From assembly GCA_043228905.1 (NCBI GenBank), contig JBHGNT010000004.1, positions 1,178,001-1,242,000 on the forward strand: a DNA stretch of 64,000 nt. The letters run 5' to 3'. The notes beneath the pieces were generated by a model. It saw nothing but the letters and a program-made list of their open reading frames with translations, ran no database searches and had not been told where the DNA came from. Source of the DNA: Azolla caroliniana. Lineage: Eukaryota > Plantae > Polypodiophyta. Positions 14,201 through 25,100 of this stretch are shown here, one piece after another; position 1 is the stretch's first letter, and each line of letters begins with the position of its first letter. The position numbers were made by a program, and so were the translations under genes.

Positions 14201-14978
14201 AGAATGTGCAACTTATGCTTTTAACAACTTGTTTGAAGCTAAAATATTGTAGAGGTACGTAAATTGATGTTTTGTTTTCTTTCACATTTCATTTGTTTAG
14301 ATGGGATAGAATGTTGTTCAAATTAGTTATATCTAGTGCTTGACTTGTATGTTACCCTTCCTTTCCTAGACATCTATTTAATATGCATCGATAAACTTCA
14401 AACCGAAGTCTATATCTTAGTTTGTGTAATTTATGAAAATTGATGTTTTCCCTTTCTTACGGTGCCGTGAAACAATTGCTTCACGATATAAAAACAAGCT
14501 AAACTTAATTGCTTCACGATATAAAAACTAACTCAAATATTATATCAAGTAGTGACATCTACGAGGTTTAAACCTTTAACCTTGTACATCAAGTATAAGG
14601 TATACACCATTAGGATAAGCTATTCTATATAGTTATATTTTCATTGATTCGACATATCAACCACGAACTGTACGACAACATAATACTTGTGATATGTGTG
14701 TATACACATTGGCAATGATCAAAGTTTCTTCCCTTCATGTTTTTTAATTAGTCATTGTAATAGAATGTGATCCCAATATTCATGAGCTTGTTCAAGTAAA
14801 AATATGCATAGTTGTCAAATCTCCATCTTATGCGAGGGTCTAGGGTTTAGCACCCCATCTTATGCGAGTTAAATTGTAACAGGATGAGCTATAACATACA
14901 AATGTATATGAATGTGAGGTTTTCTTCACAAAAGAAGACAATTTGGTATTTTGGTATGACGTATTGTGTGAAACATGA

Positions 14979-15680
14979 TGTCGTGAAGAAAACCATCCCC
15001 AGGCGCAAACCGTGTATAGCGTGTGTGAACCGGCCCTTACACGTGGGCACGCCCCTTGTTGTATAGTAGATAGGTAGGCACAAAAGTCGAATCCTAGGTA
15101 GCAATATTCTATAGGGAGAATCGAGGAGTATCTCTGTCCGAAAGGACAGAGAATTAATGTGATGTAAACGGGTGAAACGGCCTCCCTCCTTGAGCTATAA
15201 AAGAGAGGGAGATGGGGAGAGAAGGTATCGCGTGCTAGAGGGGACGAAGTGCTGTCGGACTGGGACCGAGCTCTTCTTCTCTGTCGTTCTCCATAGCTTT
15301 CTTTTGCGCAGGTTCTCGAGAGGCTGATTCTGCTCCGAGGAACGCCCGTGTGCTTCCGGCAGAATCTCCATCTTGCTCCCCTGTGTGCATGGGTGATCAG
15401 GCGTCGGCATCCATCTCGCCGACCTGATTGGTTGTAACCGTTCGAGTCATCTGCATACATACAAATACATACATATATTCATATACATACACTAGTGTTC
15501 TTATACTCTATCTCCTGCTCAACTCGTGTCTCCTGTGTTGTTGGATCGCGTTCCCGTGCGCTTCTTTGTCTATACGTGTGTGAGCGTGTCTCCCCCTCTC
15601 TCCCTTTTCTCACCTATTCCTCGGTCCAAGACCCCAGTGGTCCCGCCTTGTTCTCCACGCACGCGCGTAACAACGCGACA
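14979..15680 (+). repeat. 5' LTR of Gypsy element 1 (~702 bp)
   Basis: 15151-15680 matches 20935-21464. It ends in CGACA immediately before the PBS, and the inverted TGTCG start is at 14979. TATAAAA at ~15196. Confidence 0.85.
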
Positions 15681-15685
15681 TCTTT

Positions 15686-15703
15686 TGGTGAACCCGACGT
15701 GAA
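15686..15703 (+). promoter_or_regulatory. Primer binding site complementary to tRNA-Trp
   Basis: TGGTGAACCCGACGTGAA is the reverse complement of the plant cytosolic tRNA-Trp 3' end (...TTCACGTCGGGTTCACCA); it starts 5 nt after the LTR. Confidence 0.88.
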
Positions 15704-17827
15704 CAGGCGGCAGAGGAGTAGAAGATGAGGGGGTCGGACCTCGCAGAAGCCATGGCTTTGGCTGTGGACCGTATAGTGAGTGCGCACGAAGGCACCGACG
15801 CCCTTGATAGGGCTATCGAGGCGGTTGTCGGTACGATCAGCCGGTTTAGTGGGAAGGATGACACGAGCTACTTGGCGTCCTACCGGGCTGAGATGGTAAT
15901 GAGGGACATTCCGGAAGAGAAGTGTCTAGTTGGATTCCCTCGAGTGGCGATGCCGGGCATCCATACGGAGGTGCTCGAGGTACGGGCCGAGAGCCAGACC
16001 TGGGAGGAGTTCGAAGGTCGGCTCCATAAAAAATACGGGCTTGAAGATGCGCTTCGACTTTCGAAACGGGACTTCATGGAGTGGGTGGAGACCCCCAACA
16101 AAGGAAGGAACGTGTCGGTGCTCCTCCGGGAGTTTGAGGAACGCTTCGCGCGCCTCTCGGTGCTTGACCGGACCATTCTGGACACAAGTCGTGTCCTATT
16201 GTTTGTTAAGTCAGTTGACGAGCAAGATCGGGAGCAAGTAGGCCTCCTATTGGAAACTGATGACGGGCTGACTTGGTGAAGAGGGTCTGTGGCCGTTTCG
16301 ACAAACGGCGAGAATGGGTTGACAAAGGATCGACAGGGGCGGGCTCTGTCGCAGCAAGGAAGCTCGAGCCAACACCACCAACGCGAAGGGAAGAGACCCG
16401 AGATTGGCTCGAGACCAGATCGGCTTCGACCGGTATGGTCAAGGGCTCGTCCGGGGGAGCAGCTCTGGAGGAATTGACACGGATGGTAAAGGATCTCCAG
16501 ATCGCCCAAGCACGGAGGGATGGTGGCGAACAGGCCCGTGACCGACGACCTCTGGCTGGAAACAGGTGCATGTGGTGTGACGCGGTTGGCCACATCCGGA
16601 AGGACTGCGGGGACTTCGCAGAGGCGATGAGCAGCAACGTGGTGTACCTGTGGAACGGTCGGGTGCACGCCAGCGAGACCCGAAGGGCCCTGGACCTAAA
16701 CTCAGGCTAGGAGGTATGAAAAGGCTGATGGAGGAGGCGGCGGCTCGTCATGCGGAGACCGTCCACTACTCGGCGTCAACTGGTATTCGGGTCGGAGGTG
16801 GCGAGGCCCCGAAGACGAACAAAGCCGGGTTCTGGCCGACGATGCTAGAAGGCCTCACCGGCGCACGACTAAGGAAAGAAGAGGCGGACTGCGCGGAAAA
16901 ATGGGTCCGGGAGGTAATCGGGTGGAGTGACCCGATGGAAGAAAAGACGGGCTTCGTCGAAGCCGCTTGTCAAAACTACGAGGCTCTGGTGGAGGACAAG
17001 CGGGTAGGAAAAACCGGAGGGGCCGGGCCCTCGCAACGATATGAAACTCGATTCGGGCAAAGGCGGAATGAGGCCGATGTAACCGGCGCCTAGGATAATC
17101 CCAAGAGGGGCGGGTACTGGCTGGGCACAGAAATTGAAAGATCCACGGACCTACGAAAGGTCCTGGAAGAACGAATCCTCAATAGCAAGGTGGAACTGTC
17201 GCTGAGGGAAGTGCTCGGGATCGCCAAGAAGGAGTTCCACGACTCCATCGTAGACTTGGTGAAGAGGAAGAGGTTGTCGACAGAGACAGAACCGAAGAAG
17301 CCGATGGAGGTGCGGACGACGCACATAGAGGACATGGCGCTGGAAGACGAGTTGGCGGAGAGCCACTATTCGAGGCCGCACTGGGCCAGAGCGACCACGG
17401 AGACCCCCGTGAAGATCAGAGATGTTCATGAACCGGTGGTGGCGTTGGTGGACCACGGTTCAGAAATCAATTTGATGTCCATGGACTTCTACAAGAAGGG
17501 GAAATGGCCGATCAACACCAAGCACGGGTGGAAAATACAGGCAGCGACGCGTGCCACCGAAGAACTGCATGGAGCCTGCCCGAATGTACGAGTAAAGATC
17601 GACGATGTCGAGATTGACCAACACTTCTTCGTGCAGGAGACGTCCTCACATCTGGTTATACTAGGAGAACCGTACATCACAGCAACACGGATGGAGACCA
17701 AGGTGCTGGACAACAGCTCGGCCTATGCAAGGGTCAAGAGCCAGGATGGGCGTCACTCGGTCCAGTTCCTAACGGTGAGATCGAACCATGAGCGGAACCA
17801 CGAGAACCTCGGGGGCGAAAGCCGAGA

Positions 17828-17893
17828 GGATTTTTAGAGAGGGCTATCAAGGCGTGGGGCCGCGATAGTCCGGACACTCCGGGAAAACCCCAC
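17828..17893 (+). promoter_or_regulatory. Putative -1 programmed ribosomal frameshift signal (G GAT TTT plus H-type pseudoknot)
   Basis: The heptamer sits directly before the gag-PR stop TAG (17835-37). After a 6-nt spacer come stem 1 (GGGCTATC/GATAGTCC) and stem 2 (GTGGGG/CCCCAC). The -1 frame is the RT frame. Confidence 0.78.
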
Positions 17894-20800
17894 AAGTGTA
17901 CGATAGCGAAGAAGACCTGTACTATAAGTAGGAAATTTTGGTTCTCCGACAACGGAGGGTGTACAATAGTCGACGTCGTTGGCTGGAAGAAGAAAAGGGC
18001 GGAGGAGCGACTTCGGGCATGTGGTATCCTCGGCCCTGGAGAGGAAATCAACGGAGCCGTGGAGGCGGTCTCTTTCGACGATACCTTGGGGGAGCTGTGA
18101 GAGGTAGTCGGAGGAGTCCTTAAAGAGGACCGGACGATTCCGGTATGTTCTGAAAGGATGTACGAAGTCATCGTGGACTTCAGTAGAGGGCTTGAGTCGG
18201 ATCGGACGGCCCAGGTGGACACGAGGTACAAGACTGTGGACCGGAAGGTGAGGCCAGTCGCGGCTCCCTTGCCGGAGGGCAGCGAGTTGCGAATAAAGGG
18301 GGTTGCGTCGGACCCGAGTTTACGAAATCCGGCCCGCATAGGGCACCGGTTCACCGACATAACGCTACGGGAGCTCAAGGTCGGTGGGGGCGGCTTCCTA
18401 CTGCCGGCGGAGGAGGACCGGTTTCGGAGAATGCTCGGAAGGCACGGGAAAGCTTTCGCATTCTCACCGAAGGAGATCGGGTGTGTAGACCCGATAGTTG
18501 TCGAACCGATGGTGATCTTCACGGTACCGCATGTACCGTGGAGTCTCAAGCCGATTCCGGTGCCAAGAGCTCACATCCCGAAGTTGTTGGAGCTCCTAAA
18601 GCAAAAGGTGGAGATGGGCATCCTCGAACCGTCGAGTGCCCCGTATTCGAATCGGTGGTTTACGGTGCCGAAGAAGAACGGCACGCTGCGCTTCATCCAA
18701 GACCTACAACCGGTCAACAAGGTGACCATCCGTAACGCAGGGATCGGACCGACAATAGACGAGTTCGCAGAGGCCTTCGTTGGAAGGTCGATCTATTCTG
18801 TCGGTGACCTCTACTCGAGGTACAATCAGTTCCAGCTAGCCATAGAGAGCAGAGACATCACGACAATGCGAACTCCTCTCGGCCTAGTACAGATGTGTAC
18901 CCTACCACAAGGAGGGACGAACTCGGTGGCTCACATGGTGAACGCAATGAACAAGGTGCTGAGGGATTGTATCCCGGACATCACCGTGCCATTTTTGGAC
19001 GACGTCCTGATCAAGGGATGCCCGGTGGAGGAATAGGACGAGACGATCGGACCGGATGGGTGCCGGAAATTCGTGGCAACGCACATCGATGACTGCGAGA
19101 AGGTGCTGCGGAGGTTAGAGGGCGCGAGGCTCACCTTCTCCGGGGAAAAATCGGCCTTCGGGCAATCAGAGATCATGGTTGTCGAACACCTATGTGGGTC
19201 GTACGGCCGGAAACCGTCTCCGGCTAAGGTAGAAGCCATCTCCACGATGAAGCACGATTGTAGCTCGGTCACAGAGGTTCGGAGGTTCTTGGGAGCATTC
19301 GCGTTCTACCACATATGGATCCCGCATTACGCCCACGTCGCGGAGCCGTTATATGGGTTGCTGAAAAAGGGGCAAAAATTCGAGTGGAGAGACGAGCATA
19401 CGGAGTCTGTCCGAATGTGAAGGAAGCACTTGCCGCAGCTCCGGCGCTCCGAAGGGCTGTCTACGGAAAGGACACTCCAATTTACGTAACGGTAGACACG
19501 AGTCCGACCGGGATCGGATGGGTCGTCAACAAAGAGGACGAGGACGACATGCGTTTCCCGATCTGGTTCGGCGCGAAGGTCCTCAACGAGTGACAACGAG
19601 GATATGCCCAGGTTAAACGCGAGCTTTGGGGTATCGTTTCGGCGGTAAAGGCCGATAAAGACTACCTGATCGGGACAGAGGTAATTATCGAGACGGACTG
19701 CCTGCCAATTCTTGGCATGGTTTCCGGATGCGCGATGCCGGACCTGGCAATGCTCAGGTGGATAGCGTACATCAAGTCCCTGAATCCGGAAGTACGACAC
19801 ATTTCCGGGAAAGACAATGCCATAGCTGAGATGCTTTCAAGGGCGAGGTTCGAAAACGAGGGCGGCATGGTTTCGGAGGAAGAGGAAGTCGGCGTGGACT
19901 TCTTCGAGGCAGCTTACGTAACAACCGGCAGGGAATGCACTCCAACGCTTAACGATTTCGACGAGAGCAAGTACAACGGGGAGTGGCTGTAGATCGGTGG
20001 GTTCCTGAAAACAATGACACCGGACGCGGCATGGACAAAGGATGAGGCCAACCGGATTCGGAAGAAAGCGTACCGATTCTTTCTCCAGGACGGGTACATA
20101 TGGCAGCACCCAAAGAAGAGGAACGACATCCCGCTCCGAGTGGTGGCGAAGAAGGAGGAACAGGAGGATTTGCTGGCGGCGTACCACAATAGTCCTTGGG
20201 CTGGACACCGTGGAACGTGGGCCATGTTCAAAAAACTAAAGGGGAAGTACTCGTGGCCGGGACTATACCGGGACGTGCATCGGTTCGTGACGACTTGCGA
20301 AAGCTGTTAGGTGCACTCCATGATCCAACACCGGGACGAGCTTCACCCGACCTACCCTCCGACCGTCCACTTCAAGTGGATGGTGGATTTGGTGACGATG
20401 CCAATGGGGGTAGGACAGATGCGATATGTGGTGCTGGCTCGGGAGGATCTAACGAACCAGGTTGAAGGCCGAGCCCTGTAGAACAAGACGACTGCAGCCG
20501 TGTGTCGGTTTTTTATTGAGGACGTGGTATGTCGATACGGGTGCGTAGGGAAGATCGTGGCTGACCGTGGTGAGTTGGACGCAGAAGAGGCCGAAGAGCT
20601 ATTCGACCGGCTAGGAGTCAAACTTTTGCTCACCACAACGTACAATCCGGAGGCGAACGGGAAGGTAGAGCACGGACACGGGCCGATTGTCAAAGCGCTA
20701 GTACGGGCATGCGGAGGCCAAGTCGGGAACTGGCCACGACTGCTACCTTATGCCTTGTGGGCGGACCGGACTACGCACAGTTCGGTAACCGGGTTCATGC

Positions 20801-20934
20801 CGGCAGACCTTATGTTCGGACAGAAGCCGATCATGCCAACAGAGCGAACGATCTCCTCGTGGGCCATGGTGGACTAGAGGGATGAGATGAGTCGGGAGGA
20901 ACTGTTGGCGGCGCGGATTCGACAGCTCGAGCGC

Positions 20935-21464
20935 GAATTAATGTGATGTAAACGGGTGAAACGACCTCCCTCCTTGAGCTATAAAAGAGAGGGAGACGAG
21001 GAGAGAAGGTATCGCGCGCTAGAGGGGACGAAGTGTTGTCGGACTGGGACCGAGCTCTTCTTCTCTGTCGTTCTCCATAGCTTTCTTTTGCGTAGGTTCT
21101 CGAGAGGCTGAATCTGCTCCGAGGAATCCCCGTATGCTTCCGACAGAATCTCCATCTTGCTCCCCTGTGTGCGTGGGTGATCAGGAGTCGGCATCCATCT
21201 CGCCGACCTGATCAATTGTAACCGTTCGAGTCGTCTGCATACATACAAATACATACATATATTCATATACATACACTAGTGTTCTTATACTCTATCTCTT
21301 GCTCAACTCATGTCTCCTGTGTTGTTGGGCCGCGTTCCCGTGCGCTTCTTTGTCTATACGTGTGTGAGCGTGTCTCCCTCTCTCTCCCTTTTCTCACCTA
21401 TTCCTCGGTCCAAGACCCCAGTGGTCCCACCTTGTTCTCCACGCACGCGCGTAACAACGCGACA
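20935..21464 (+). repeat. 3' LTR of Gypsy element 1, truncated at its 5' end by ~170 bp
   Basis: 530-bp ungapped match to 15151-15680 (~23 mismatches by eye). It is joined directly to integrase codons (RIRQLER) with no PPT. Confidence 0.9.
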
Positions 21465-21789
21465 ACGAGTCTCCACATCTCCCCCAAGCCATGATACATT
21501 GTTAGTCAAATTTGAAACTCTCATAATATCAACAAATCACAGTTTTGTTTGTCCAAAAAACACTAGTTCGCATTAGTTAGCAAAATAAAATACAACAAAG
21601 TTCAAGCAGGAAGATCCAATTGGGCTAACCTTAGAGGGATCAATATATACAACTCGATGGATCAACTCCAAAACAAACAAAACAATTTCAGCAAAACTTG
21701 TGCTACTGTTTTCCAGAGGACAGAAATGTAAAATTATGAAATTAGCAAACGCCGAGTCCGAGTATCACGGGCCACTAACGGCTCGGCTA

Positions 21790-22164
21790 TGTATTAGGGG
21801 AAACGTTATTTAAACGAGGACCATTACCTCAGAGCAGGAGAGAAGAAAAATATAGGCGGAAGCACTAGCTTAGTCCCTCGTAACTAGATAATCTTGTAAG
21901 GTCACCGGCCGTAGGCCGTGTTCTATAATCCTTTTTCTGCCGTAGTAATATATCTGATTTGTGCCCATTTTGCTCCATGTGTCTGTGCTTTGATTCATAC
22001 CTATGATTTCAGCGCCGCCCACTCCTGTCAAGATCTCGCTAGTGGTTTATCTCTGATCATTGTCTCTCTCACGACGCCTCTGTTACGAGCCTTCACGTAC
22101 CACGCCCTTGAATACCGATAGCCGCAGATCTATCGAAGGTGTTCACCCAAAGGAACGGGTAACA
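21790..22164 (+). repeat. 5' LTR of Gypsy element 2
   Basis: 21865-22164 matches 31167-31466. The start is inferred from GCTA|TGT matching the 3' flank ACA|GCTA; an alternative start near 21727 is not excluded. Confidence 0.78.
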
Positions 22165-22169
22165 CAATT

Positions 22170-22182
22170 TGGCACGCCCGGT
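22170..22182 (+). promoter_or_regulatory. Primer binding site, tRNA-Arg type
   Basis: TGGCACGCCCGGT starts 5 nt after the LTR end; this is the TGGCACGCCC PBS type known from Tat/Ogre-like elements. Confidence 0.75.
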
Positions 22183-25100
22183 TACAGCTGTGAGTGCACA
22201 GCAAACTTCGTTGAAGGTAACCACCAGCCGCCGTTACGGCGCCCTCTCGCACCACGAGGTCTCGGCCACCTGCCCGACGCTCTGAGCCAGTCCAAGGAAC
22301 TTCCGACTCGGCGGTCACTGACCAATCCTTTCCCGAGCAATTGGAGGCTTCCCCAGTGCAATCCTCGCCACCGGATACTCGATCGCGAGTTGATTCACCG
22401 CCAAAACCCCTGTCGAGCCCTCCAGAGGTCAATCAACCGGAACTAAACCCTTTTCCGGTGCTACCAGAAGACCCAGAATACGACATCATGCCGTACCCAT
22501 ACCCACGATACACCGACGGACCAGACGCAGAGTCACACATCCGTGCCTTCATATCCACGTGGCAGGCCAACCACTCAACGCACCGCCTCACGCCGGCCGA
22601 AATCGATGCGTCAAAGATTGCCGAGTTCACACTCTCCCTCGATGGACCGGCCACACGATGGTACTCTCGCCTCGAAATAGGAGAGGCCACCACTTTCCAA
22701 ATCGTGCGCACAAAGTTCCTTGAACTTTTTCATCGCGAGGTGCCTAAACAGGAACTGCTCCATCAATTCTTGTCTATATGCCAGGAACCGCACGAAACGG
22801 TCGCGCAGTTCACGATCTGGTTCCAAGATCTCTACAGACAAGTGGCCGATGATGTCTCGGCATAACATATACCGGACACTTTCCTGTCCAGTTTACGAGA
22901 GCCTCTCCGAACGACTCTCGCACTTACAAATTTCGCCAACCATACTATCGAACAAGTCATAGCGCGGGTTCTCGCCCTTGATCGGACCCAGCACGGCGCG
23001 GCCTTCTCGATGACATCCTTACAAAACGCTCTTCCCCAAGAGGACAATCGCTTTCGCCAAGCTCTCCAATGCACGACGTGTTCAGGATCAGGGCACCTGG
23101 CCCTCGAATGTCCCAACCGACCACAGTGTCCGATATGTCATTCTCGAGCTCACACTGTCAAGCAGTGCGAATATAATATGTTGAACCGCACAACGGCGGC
23201 ACCAGTCCGCCAGATCGAGCCACGAAATACATACTCTCGGCAGGACAAGCAATATGTCTACCGAGACCAGGATAACGACCGACCGCGATCCCTGGATCAA
23301 CGGCGCTGAGACGACGACTACCGACGTGATGACCGTCGTGATCACTATCGCGATGACCGGCACGACGATTATGCTCGATATGATGACGATCACGATGACT
23401 AGTATGATCGACGGAACTCACGCATTGATCGGCGAAACGGCAACCGCAACACACACAACAATAGAAGACCTAACGACAACCGCCAACGGGACGCTCCTCA
23501 AAATGACCAACGCAACTCCAACGCACCTCGGAACAACCCACCACCAAACGAGACTGAGAATCAACAACAACAACTTCCACACACAGACTGAGCGGACACC
23601 AGCAGCTCGGCCAACGTTACATGTTTTAAATGTAACCAACCAGGCCACTACGCCACGCAATGTCCAACAACCAACCGTGGCAAGGCACCCGCGGTGAACA
23701 GTATCATGGCCTATGTTCAAACCGTCACTACCCGGAGTAAAGCGCAGACTACTCAATGGCAAATCCAGGATGAAGTCCGTCAGGCAGCAAAAGAATGGAT
23801 CGACACGGCCAATAAAAATAATGTCGTGCGCATGCAAACTGACATGAGAGACGGGCCCAGTGAAGCACCACAAACCTCAGTACCATCCACGTCGTCGGAG
23901 GACGACCAGCTATGGGATGTTCTTACCAACTCCCGCATATCGCTGCCCCTACATAAATTGTTACCACTCATGCCGAGATTTCGGGACACCCTGGCGGCAC
24001 TCTAGGCCAATACTAAGCCCGTGACGCCACCGGTACACCTCACCGAGGCAGGAACTGGTCCACCACTCATGGATTCTCAGAACCCAGCCGTGCGAATCAT
24101 CAGTAAGGGACAAGACCTGCACGGATGCATCATCGATGGCGGATCCGGCGTAAACGTTATTAGCGAGTCAACGTGTCACAACCTCGGCCTGAATCAATGG
24201 GAACCATGCCCCTTTTGGCTTCAGATGGCCAACACCCGCTCTGTTCGCCCCATTGGTTTAATCCGCCACCTCGACTTCACACTCGGAGGCCACATGTTCA
24301 CGATCTCGGCCATTGTGCTAAGACTGGAGACACAAGGCGCCTACCCAATGTTACTAGGTCGACCATGGTTGCGTACAACGAATATCAAGCCACATTGGCA
24401 ACGCAACATGATCTCGTTCCGAAGAGGCAAGACAAAAGTCCGAATCATCACTGAAGAACGAGTCCCCGTCGCCCTCAACACTTCACCGTTATACGCGGAA
24501 GGGGTCCATATGCTTGACGGTTTGGCCGATGAGGAGGTCGATGACTTCCTAGATGATCATCCCACGATCATCCCTCTCTTCGAAATCAATGCCTTACCAA
24601 CCATCGAGCCACCTAAAGACGAGGAAGTCACGGAGGAATCACCACCCCAAGATGAACCAGATCCAACCACAGTTGCCGAGCTACGCCATGCTCGGGAGGC
24701 TTTCGAACGCGAACTCGCCATTTCACAACGAGTCAAAGCATCAACCTTGGAAACAATAAACCTCGGCTCGGACGAGAATCCCCATACGTTACAAATTGCC
24801 AATAATCTACCAACCGGAGAACGGGCATGCCTCGTACGATTTGTTCACCGACTACCAGGATGTTTTCGCTTGGTCTTACACCGATATGAAGGGGCTGGAT
24901 CCTCAATACTACCAACATCAAATTCACATCTTACCCGACACTCGGCCGGTTCAGTAGAGGCGCTACAGGATGAACCCCAACTACGCCGCTAAAGTCAAAG
25001 AGGAAATCGACAAACTACTCCGAGTGGGCTTCATTCGCCCTGTTAAACGGGCCACGTGGTTGAGCCCGATCGTAGTGGTCCCAAAGAACAACGGAAAAAT

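Larger units (their letters stand above)
14979..21464 (+). mobile_element. Ty3/Gypsy LTR retrotransposon 1 (non-chromovirus, possibly Phygy/Ylt1-like), decayed; gag-PR, then RT-RH-INT; 3' end internally deleted
   Basis: TGTCG...CGACA termini, tRNA-Trp PBS, gag from 15725 with CMWCDAVGHIRKDC knuckle, protease ALVDHGSEINL, RT (LRFIQDL, LPQGGTNS, FLDDV), RNase H (VDTSPTG, ETDC), integrase HH-CC and core. Several stops and frameshifts. Flanks ATGA / ACGA look like a 4-bp TSD with one CpG change. The lineage call is from memory of motifs, not from a search. Confidence 0.93.

Noticed and set aside
8500-14800. AT-rich intergenic DNA with hints of old TE debris (about 11.2-13.1 kb) and short direct duplications (14474-14528, 14823-14868)
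   Set aside because: No interpretable ORF, termini or TSD; too degraded to call.
14840-15460. 206-aa minus-strand ORF over LTR 1
   Set aside because: It crosses the LTR boundary into flanking DNA, is not preserved as such in the 3' LTR, and has no motifs.
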